A stretch of 64,000 nucleotides of DNA from Rebecca billardiae RCC1528 (Eukaryota; Protista; Haptophyta). The notes below the pieces were generated by a model, which ran no database searches, was not told where the DNA came from, and saw only the letters and a list, made by a program, of their open reading frames with translations. The stretch is taken from NCBI GenBank assembly GCA_965240325.2, contig OZ251234.1:62001-126000 (forward strand), in the 5' to 3' direction. Position numbers and translations under genes: made by a program. Position 1 is the stretch's first letter. Every line of letters begins with the position of its first letter. Shown in pieces: positions 56,562-64,000 of this stretch.

Positions 56562-58081
56562 TATTCGCGCCACGCCTCCTCGAAGCCCGCGCGCATCGCC
56601 TCCGCAGCGAGCGTGGCGTCGAGGCCGCCCCAGCCGGTGCCAAACGGCGGGCACAGCACGCGCGCGGCGCCGCATGCGCGCGCGCGAGCGAACGCGGCGG
56701 CGGCCGCCGCGCGCACGGGCGCGTCCGTCTCGAGCGGGCGGGCGGGGAGCGCCATCGTGGGCGCCGCGACGAGCCAGCGCACGCCCGAAGCCGCCCATGG
56801 CGCCGCGGCGCCCACCTGACCGCCCAGCTCCACGGCAAGCGCCGCCCCGACAGGCAGCTCGGCGAGCAGCCCTCCGCCACCGCCCTCGGCGCCGCCAGCT
56901 GCCGCAGCCGCGGAGATCGCGCGCTGCAGCGGGTTGGGCGTGGCGCTGTCGGGCGGGCCGGCCTCCCAGCCGAGCAGCGCGCACACCGCCGCGTCCCACC
57001 CACCGCCGAGGCAGCCTACCGTGTTCGCCGGGCACACGACGGCCGTGCCGCCCCCCTCCACGCTCAGCTCGCGCACGTCTCCGCGCCACAGCTGCACGCG
57101 CGGCACGCAGCCGAACGCGCGCGCCAGCGCGGCAGCGGCCGCGTCGCCGCTCTCGCGCGCGGAGCAGACGAAGGTGAGCGCCTGCGACGCGCGCACCCAC
57201 GCCGCGGGCGGCTCGCGAGCCTGCGCCGGAGCCCCCGCCACCACGCCCTCCGGCCGCCCACCCGCCGGCTCGCGAGCGAACTCCGCCACCCAGCACGGCG
57301 GCGCGACGGCTCCTGGCGCGGCGCGGTAGCTGTCCGTCCAGTCGAAGCGGCCCTCGGCGAGGGAGAGGAGGCGCAGGCCCGCGCCGCGGGGCTCGGGCGC
57401 GCAGAAGGGCTCGACGACCTCCTCGCGCGTGAGCGCCGGCGGCCCGCTCGAGGCCCCCGCCGCGCCGCGCGCCGCGTGCTCGCCCTCGCGCCGGCCGCAG
57501 AGCACGAGGAGGCGGCCGCCCGGCCGCACCAGCCGGCTGATGGCGCGCGCGGCGGAGGGGCCGTCGCCCGGCGGGTCTCGCAGGCAGTGGAAGCTCTGGC
57601 AGTCGAACACAAAGTCGAACTGCCCGTCCGCCCGCAGCTCCGCCCAGCCCGGGCCCTCGCCACCGCCGCGCTCGAGCGCAGTCGCGTCGGCGCACACAAA
57701 GGCGATCGCGCGCTGCGCGGCCGGCGGCAACTCACGCGCCGCCCGCGCGTGGGCGAGGTCGACGGCCCTGGGGGCGAGGTCGACGCCCACCACGCGCGCC
57801 GCGCCACGCGACGCCATGTACACGCAGCTCGCGCCCGAGCCGCAGCACAGCTCCGCGCACCGAAGGCCGGCGACCGGGTGCCGCCGTTCAAACGCGACGA
57901 GCTGCGAGGCGGCCGCGCCCGTGTCCCAAGGGGGCGGGGTCTGCGGGGCCGCCGCCCAGTACGCGTCCCACTTGGAGGGGCCGCTCATACCGGCAGCCGT
58001 CGACAGCCCGCCGCTCGCCAGGTACAGGCCCACGCGCGCGAGGAGTTGGAGGTGTGACGAGCGGGCCACGGCCGCCGCCAT
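56561..58081 (-). CDS. Class I SAM methyltransferase (TPMT/thiol-MT-like) fused to a macrodomain
   Basis: WDAYW..PPWDTG, ELCCGSG, VVGVDLAPRAV, FDFVFDCQSFH; then WRGDV, VVCPANTVGCLGGGWD, VAAPTM, PPFGTGWGG. Confidence 0.85.
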   Translation of the reverse strand: MAAAVARSSHLQLLARVGLYLASGGLSTAAGMSGPSKWDAYWAAAPQTPPPWDTGAAASQLVAFERRHPVAGLRCAELCCGSGASCVYMASRGAARVVGVDLAPRAVDLAHARAARELPPAAQRAIAFVCADATALERGGGEGPGWAELRADGQFDFVFDCQSFHCLRDPPGDGPSAARAISRLVRPGGRLLVLCGRREGEHAARGAAGASSGPPALTREEVVEPFCAPEPRGAGLRLLSLAEGRFDWTDSYRAAPGAVAPPCWVAEFAREPAGGRPEGVVAGAPAQAREPPAAWVRASQALTFVCSARESGDAAAAALARAFGCVPRVQLWRGDVRELSVEGGGTAVVCPANTVGCLGGGWDAAVCALLGWEAGPPDSATPNPLQRAISAAAAAGGAEGGGGGLLAELPVGAALAVELGGQVGAAAPWAASGVRWLVAAPTMALPARPLETDAPVRAAAAAAFARARACGAARVLCPPFGTGWGGLDATLAAEAMRAGFEEAWRE

Positions 58082-58151
58082 GGCCGTGGCCCGTGGCCAC
58101 TGGCCAGGTCGCGGGCGGATGCTGACGCGGTCGCGTTGAGCGAAGACGACG

Positions 58152-58862
58152 ATGGCAGCCGGCGGCGGCACGCGACGCGTGGCGCTCATGCTCTTGGCGG
58201 CAGCCGGGCCGCAAGCTCGCGCTCTGCTCAGCGTGCGGGGCACGGGCGTGCGATGGTCTGCATTCGCGCCGCACGCCCGCCCCGCACGGCCGCACGCGCC
58301 CTCGCCCGTCATGTCTGACGAGCCAGCAGACTGGGCCGACGGCGTAGACTCGCTGATGGCGTCAGTCGCGCCCGACTATGGCGACGACGAGGGCGGCGAG
58401 GGCGGGGCCGAGCTGACGGGCGACCCGCGGCGGCCGTTCGCGCCCTGGTTCGCGCGGCTCGAGCCGCTGCCCTCGAGCGACGTGTACGAGCACGATGCCT
58501 CGGCGGACGGGCGGTTTGGCTGGCGGCAGAACCGCGATGTGACGCAGCTCGTGTGGTGGGTGGCGCCTGGCACGCGCTCGGCCGACCTGAGTGTCGAGAT
58601 TGGCGCGTGGCGTGTGCGCGTCACTGCGCACGGCGAGGTGCTCGCCGACGCGAAGCTCCCCGCCAAGATCAGCCCCTCGGACTCGTACTGGGAGCTCTCC
58701 GACCCGCCGGCCGCGGCCGATGCGCAACCGGCTGAGCAGCCAGCCGCCGAGGCCGAGGCGGTGGCTGAGCCGCCGGAGGGCGCGCGCTGCCTGCTGGTCG
58801 AGCTTGCGAAGGGGCCTGCCTTCTCGCACTGGCCCGCGCCGTTCATCAGCGATGAGCAGTGA
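58152..58862 (+). CDS. CS (p23/NudC-like) domain protein, probably plastid-targeted
   Basis: FGWRQNRDVTQL..PGTRSADLSVEI..KLPAKISPSDSYWEL..LLVELAK..WP; signal peptide. Confidence 0.8.
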   Translation: MAAGGGTRRVALMLLAAAGPQARALLSVRGTGVRWSAFAPHARPARPHAPSPVMSDEPADWADGVDSLMASVAPDYGDDEGGEGGAELTGDPRRPFAPWFARLEPLPSSDVYEHDASADGRFGWRQNRDVTQLVWWVAPGTRSADLSVEIGAWRVRVTAHGEVLADAKLPAKISPSDSYWELSDPPAAADAQPAEQPAAEAEAVAEPPEGARCLLVELAKGPAFSHWPAPFISDEQ

Positions 58863-59009
58863 TGACGGCGCGCATGTCGTCCCGGTCGTGTGGCGCAGCG
58901 CGGCGCTCGGCCGCGGCGCCGGCGGCGGGCGGGGTCTGGGCCTGCCAGGGCCTGGCGCCGGTGGCGCGCGGGGCGCTGCGGCAGTCGTACGACATACATA
59001 TTAACGACG

Positions 59010-59060
59010 TATATATATATATATATATATATATATCATGCATATCATCATCATATATAT
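59010..59060. repeat. (TA)n tract
   Basis: Directly visible between convergent genes. Confidence 0.85.
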
Positions 59061-59364
59061 CCGTCGTATCGTCAGCGTCGGCGGCACTACCGTTAGGCGT
59101 TAGCAGTACTCAGCTTAGTTATACGAATAATTAAGGGCTAGCTAACGCGCTGCACCGTATAAGTAAGCCGCGTACATGAAAAGGGTCACCGGGTCACCCC
59201 TGCGGCTGCGGCGCGGGCCGCAGGCCGCGGGCGCGGTCCGACCGTCCCGGACCCCCGTCTCAGTCTGCCGCCACGGGCCGCCACTGCCGCCGCCAGCCGC
59301 CAGTCGGCCCGCTGGCGGCCTAGCCGAGCGGCGAGCGGGCGCGGCCGCAGGCTCGCCATCGGCA

Positions 59365-62046
59365 TCAGCTCAGCGACGAGCCACCGTTCCGCCGCTCGGC
59401 GGCTGACAGCGGTCCGCCTGACGAGGCTGGGCCGAGCCCGCTGATGAGGGCGGCGTCGCCCGTCGCTCGGTCGGCGGCGCCGCCGCGCTCGGCGCGCTGC
59501 CGGAGGCCCTCGATCTCGGCCTGCATCGCGCGCATCGTCGCCGCGAGCTCCTTCTGCATCGCGACCATCGCGCCCATCGACGCGGCTGACTGCTCCAGCA
59601 GCTCGTGCGCGAGCGGGACCGCGCCGCCCGCCGCGTACGCCGCGCCGTGCCGCCACGCCTCCTCCGCCTCGAGCTCGGGCGCAGGGGTGGAGGTGCCCGC
59701 GTCGCTCGAGGTGGCGAGCTGCGCGTACGACATGGAGCCCGTGTACGCGAACGCGCCGGGGAACGGCGTGCGCACGCCGCCCACGCCCGTGCCGCCCGCG
59801 CGCGCGTGCTCCGGGATGTCGGAGGGCATGGAGAGCGCGCTCGCGGGCAGCGGCTGCAGCTCCGCCTCCGCCAGCTGCTCGTCGTCCGCGTCCGCGCACA
59901 GCTCGCCCAGCAGCTGCCGCGCGGTCGCGCGGCGCCAGCGCCAGCGCCACGGGCGCACGCCCGTGGTGGCGAGGACCGCCAGCCTGAGCAGCACGTGCAG
60001 CACGCCGCACACCACGAAGATCGTGCCGAGCGAGTAGCACGCCGCCGTCCACTGCGGCATCGAGAGCGCGTTGGCGCCGAGCAGCGCGAGCGAGAGACCC
60101 GGCCCGACCGGCCGCGAGAGGAGGAAGAGCGCCGCGGTCGCGCGCTTGAACTTTGCAAAGTAGAGCATCATCAGCGTCGTCGTGACGACGAACGAGGAGA
60201 AGATCACCAGGTAGATCGAGAACATCACCTTGTCCGCGAGCGTCAGCACCGACGCCTGCGGCGTCTGCTGCTTGAGCGAGACGTGGAACATCACGTTGGC
60301 CAGCAGCGTCGACGAGCACAGCGAGAAACGCATCTCGATCGCGGCGGGCGGCACGAGGTACGTGGCGAGGTTGACGAAGGAGATCACGATCGGCGCGAGG
60401 AACGCGGTGAGCACCGCCGCCACCTGCGGGAAGCGGAAGTTCACCGAGAAGTAGAACCGAGAGGCGGGGCGGCGGCCGCCCTTGCAGCCGCACGACTCCC
60501 TGTCGTACCCGCTGCCCTCGGCGTAGTCCTCGACCGGCACGCAGTCGCACATCTCCTCGAAGAGGCTGAGCCCGTCGTTCGCGCACTCGCGCACCGGGCG
60601 CAGGTAGGGCGGGCCGCACGACTCGGTCACGCGCCACGAGTAGTCCAGCAGCCGGTTGTCGATCGTGCCGGGCAGCCGGATCGAGTCGGAGAGGCCCGAG
60701 TACTCGGGCATGTGGCAGAAGATGAGCGACGGCTCGGTCGAGACGCCGTCAAACTGCTCCTCGAGGATGAGCTCGAGCGCCTCGGTGTTGAGCGGCCACC
60801 ACGTGACGTTGGTGCGGAAGAAGAAGCGGCTCTGCACGCGCACGTGGTCGACGGTCGAGCGGTTCGAGCCGACGACGGGCGAGACGGTGCGCAGCCGGTC
60901 GATGTTGACGAGCCCGAGCCCAAAGTCGGAGAGCTGCGACGCGGCGCTCGGCACGTACGGCACCCAGTGGCGCAGGTTGCCGCACTCGGTCATCCCCGGC
61001 TCCGCCAGCGCGTCGGGCGTGCGCAGCACGTCGTTCCCGTCTGCGTCCACCTCCTTGTGCAGGTACACCTCGAAGTCGCCGTAAAACGTGCCGTGCTGCA
61101 GGTCGATCTCTGCGAGGTTGAGCACGTTCACGCCAATCCCCACGCGCCGCACGGTGCCGACCGGCGGCTCGGGCTCGTCGCCGCCGCCGGCACCACCGCC
61201 GCCGCCGCCGCCGGCACCGCCGCCGCCGCCGCCGCCGCTCCCGCCGCCGCCACCGCCGCCGCCGCCGCCGCCCCCGCCGCCGCCGCCGCTGGGCGGGTCC
61301 GGCTCGGGTGGGCCCGTGCACTTGCCTGGGTTATAGAGCACCGCGCCAGGGCAGTCGGCGGCCTGCAGGCCGGCGTCGGACTCGGGCAGGCAGGTGCCCG
61401 CGGTGGCGCACCACGCGCACTTGTGCGAGTGGTTGAGCGACGGCTCGTTGAACGCCAGGCAGCCGCCGCAGTCCGTGCCGCCCTCGTTCGCCTCCTTGCA
61501 CGGGTACTCGGCCGAGATGGTGATCCGAGGCTCCGCGCGGAGCCCGTGGCTGTTGGTCGCGCCGGAGGCGAGGAGGCCGGGCGAGAGCGACACGTGGAAG
61601 CGCTCGTCCGAGCGTATGCGGTACCCCTTCAGCTGCGGCACCAGCACCACCAGCGTCTGGTTGTCCACGCGGCTGACCGAGAGCGACGAGGCGTACGTCG
61701 TGATGAGCTCGTTCCAACCCGAGTGGCCGCCGCTGCCCTCGGCCGCGCCGGCGAGCGAGTTCGCCACGTCGAGCAGGGAGATGGAGGGCGCGAAGCTCTC
61801 GTTCTCGAGCCGGATGCGCAGGTCGTGCCGCGTCGCGCCCACGGCCTCGGCCGTCACGCCACGCCGCGCGCCCACGCGGATCAGCGTGCCCGAGAGGGCC
61901 GCGGCGCGCCGCTCGACGTACGTCTGGTTGGCTGCGGAGGAGGGGCATGGGGAAGCGTCGGAGCCGTCGGGGCACGTGCGCTCGCCGAGCACGCCCGCCG
62001 CCGCGCCGAGAAGCGCCGCTGCGAGCGCTGCCCGTTGCGAGCGCAT
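59365..62046 (-). CDS. Pentameric ligand-gated ion channel subunit, Cys-loop-less (GLIC-like), with N-terminal extra domains
   Basis: Signal peptide; VGIGVNVLNLAEIDLQHGTFYGDF; WWPLNTEALELILE (Pro-loop); M1 FLAPIVIS; M2 RFSLCSSTLLANVMFH; M2-M3 loop TPQASVLTLADK. Confidence 0.85.
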   Translation of the reverse strand: MRSQRAALAAALLGAAAGVLGERTCPDGSDASPCPSSAANQTYVERRAAALSGTLIRVGARRGVTAEAVGATRHDLRIRLENESFAPSISLLDVANSLAGAAEGSGGHSGWNELITTYASSLSVSRVDNQTLVVLVPQLKGYRIRSDERFHVSLSPGLLASGATNSHGLRAEPRITISAEYPCKEANEGGTDCGGCLAFNEPSLNHSHKCAWCATAGTCLPESDAGLQAADCPGAVLYNPGKCTGPPEPDPPSGGGGGGGGGGGGGGGGSGGGGGGGAGGGGGGGAGGGDEPEPPVGTVRRVGIGVNVLNLAEIDLQHGTFYGDFEVYLHKEVDADGNDVLRTPDALAEPGMTECGNLRHWVPYVPSAASQLSDFGLGLVNIDRLRTVSPVVGSNRSTVDHVRVQSRFFFRTNVTWWPLNTEALELILEEQFDGVSTEPSLIFCHMPEYSGLSDSIRLPGTIDNRLLDYSWRVTESCGPPYLRPVRECANDGLSLFEEMCDCVPVEDYAEGSGYDRESCGCKGGRRPASRFYFSVNFRFPQVAAVLTAFLAPIVISFVNLATYLVPPAAIEMRFSLCSSTLLANVMFHVSLKQQTPQASVLTLADKVMFSIYLVIFSSFVVTTTLMMLYFAKFKRATAALFLLSRPVGPGLSLALLGANALSMPQWTAACYSLGTIFVVCGVLHVLLRLAVLATTGVRPWRWRWRRATARQLLGELCADADDEQLAEAELQPLPASALSMPSDIPEHARAGGTGVGGVRTPFPGAFAYTGSMSYAQLATSSDAGTSTPAPELEAEEAWRHGAAYAAGGAVPLAHELLEQSAASMGAMVAMQKELAATMRAMQAEIEGLRQRAERGGAADRATGDAALISGLGPASSGGPLSAAERRNGGSSLS

Positions 62047-62296
62047 GAAAAAGCCTCGGGGAAGACGAGGCAGATCTACAGCCACGCCCCGTCCTCCTTC
62101 GCCCTCCCGCTGTCCGCGCTTTGCAATTCGTCAAGTCCGGAGGATCATGTGCCTCCCGTCCGGGTATACAATCTGAAGTCTCGTCTGCTTGGGTCTTGCA
62201 TTCGGAATTCGCCGGACACCGCAGCCGCTGCACTCCCGGACTTTGGCGAGCCCCGCATTGTAGCCACGCGGCCACTCGCTTCACCAGCTCGCAAGC

Positions 62297-62994
62297 ATGG
62301 CACGCGCGCGTGACGCGCTCGGCAGCGCGCGGGCGCGCGGCCACGCGTGGCCACGGCCGCGCGGGCGTCGGCTGCGGGTGATGCTGAACGTATGCGCGCG
62401 CCACCGCACCCCGGCTGCGTCGACTGCCCCGCCGTCCGCGCCCAACAGGGTCGCGTGCGCAACAAGGTGGTCAAGCGCTCTGCGCGCCAGATCGTCGAGA
62501 AGTACTACCAGCGGCTGACGATGGACTTCCAGACGAACAAGCGCATCTGCGAGGATGTGGCTATCATCCCGTCGAAGCGCCTGAAGAACAAAATCGCTGG
62601 CTTCGCGACGGTGCGCCATGCGCCCATGCGCGTGCGATGGCGCTGGCTCGGCGGGGTGGGTAGGGTGCCCCACACGCAGCGCGCTCACGCATACCCGCCT
62701 GCGCGTGCGTGGGCCATCGCCGCGCAGCACTTGATGAAGCGCATTCAGCGCGGGCCAGTGCGCGGCATCTCGCTCAAGCTGCAGGAGGAGGAGCGCGAGC
62801 GCCGCCTCGACTTCATCCCGGACGTGTCGCAGGTGGACGTGGAGAACATCCCGGTCGATGCGGACACCAAGGCGATGCTGCGCTCGCTCGACCTGCACAA
62901 CCTGCCTGGCTTGCAGGCGGAGGTCGCGCCCATCGGCGGCGGCGGCGGCGGGGGCGGTGGCAACCGCGGCCCGCCGCACGGCGGCCGGCGATAA
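62297..62994 (+). CDS. RPS17: 40S ribosomal protein S17 (eS17); exons 62297-62299, 62449-62610, 62728-62994
   Basis: [68 protein letters not shown]. Confidence 0.97.
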
Positions 62995-63581
62995 GCGGGC
63001 GTGGCGCGGTGGCACGTTCAGCTGGCCGGTGGCGCGCTGAGCCGACGGCTCGGAGCTGCGCCGGGGAGCGCTGCTGGGTGAACGTGGCGATGTCTGGCGC
63101 AGTGGCAGGCTGCGCGAGCCTACCTCTGCCGCCTCGCGCGGCAGCTGTCGACGATGGGCTGTTTGAAGCGGCCCTACTGCTCACGCGGTTCGGTGCTCCT
63201 GAATCGCGTGTGGCCGAATCACACGACGTGCTCGATGCACACAGACGGTCGTGAGACGTGACCGAATCACGTGTCAATGTCAGTCGATGCAGCGGTGGCC
63301 CGGTGGGCTAGACTCTGAGCTGTCGAGTCTCTGACTGTGCGGGCGCAGACTGTCTCTGCTAGTGAGACTACCACGGCCAGTGGCCGCAGGGGCGGTCACC
63401 GGCCGAGGGCTCCGGAGCCCGGGACGGTGCGGCTGAGGCCTTCGGAGTGCGCAGGCACGCAACAAGTGGTCATCACAGAGCTCGCTCTCAAGCACACGAG
63501 TTGGGGGGCCGGCCGCCACAGCGGCGCGCGAATTTTCGGTTTCGCCGGCTGCCCGGGCGTGGGTTCCGGCCGCGGTTCACG

Positions 63582-64000
63582 ATGCCGGGCACGAGCAAGC
63601 CGCTGGCGCGGCTGCCGCCGCGGCGGGCGGACATGCGGCAGAAGCCCGTGAACGTCTTCGACTCGGGCCACATGTCCATCGACAACATCAAATCCGTGTA
63701 CATCACCGCCGCCATCAACGCGGAGAAGCGACAGATGCGCTCGATCCCTGGGCTGGTCCGCGCGCCGCCCGACACGGCGGGCGCCGCGGGCGTGGCACCC
63801 GCCAGGTTCGGCGGCACGCAGACGCCCGTTCTCGGGCGCGACGCTCCCGTCTGGTGGTACGGCGGGCCTCCGCTCAAGGCCTCGACGCGCGGCTTCACCG
63901 AGGAGTGGCAGCCGGAGATCCCGGCGCCGCGCGTGAAGGCGCCGATGAAGCTGCCCGCGGACGACGTTGTGGCCACGCCCCCGGAGGACACGGAGAAGCC
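63582..64000 (+). CDS. Hypothetical protein, 5' part, runs off the window
   Basis: Open frame from ATG 63582 (MPGTSKPLARLPPRR..) with coding-like codon bias to the window end. Confidence 0.6.
   Translation, partial: MPGTSKPLARLPPRRADMRQKPVNVFDSGHMSIDNIKSVYITAAINAEKRQMRSIPGLVRAPPDTAGAAGVAPARFGGTQTPVLGRDAPVWWYGGPPLKASTRGFTEEWQPEIPAPRVKAPMKLPADDVVATPPEDTEK

Noticed and set aside
62300-62448. Intronic snoRNA in RPS17
   Set aside because: No properly spaced box C and box D; GCTGAAC is more plausibly a branch-point-like sequence.

Overview
Very GC-rich, intron-containing eukaryotic DNA, not prokaryotic. Short GC-rich spliceosomal introns (GTGCGC donors plus GC-AG donors), nuclear genes with signal-peptide-led plastid presequences (psb28) and compact head-to-head gene pairs suggest an alga with a complex plastid. 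A Pavlovales-like haptophyte is my best guess, by inference only. About 30 protein genes are supported. Recognisable ones: cyclin, FolD, Tudor-SN, CAAX protease, PCMT-like methyltransferase, CCDC115/Vma22, secernin, SDE2, ELM2-SANT, Psb28, PurB, RNase III and RPS17. Mobile DNA: an internally deleted pogo/Tigger-type transposon with 26-bp TIRs (4662-6925), a 3.4-kb insert bracketed by a ~130-bp direct repeat and holding an HTH ORF plus an inner inverted-repeat element (52841-56561), and an AT-richer relic region (35.1-36.6 kb). Most notable: (i) a Cys-loop-less, GLIC-like pentameric ligand-gated channel with a PSI-like module, a six-Cys loop-C insert and extra TM helices; (ii) a giant-virus-type EsV-1-7/endonuclease module with degenerate active site fused to FHA-like and coiled-coil domains; (iii) an RNase III resembling algal-virus enzymes with a catalytic Asp-to-Cys change; (iv) EF-hand/CASTOR-ACT and methyltransferase/macrodomain fusions. 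Most long ORFs in the supplied track are GC-driven shadow frames. All family calls come from motif recognition by eye; no searches were run.
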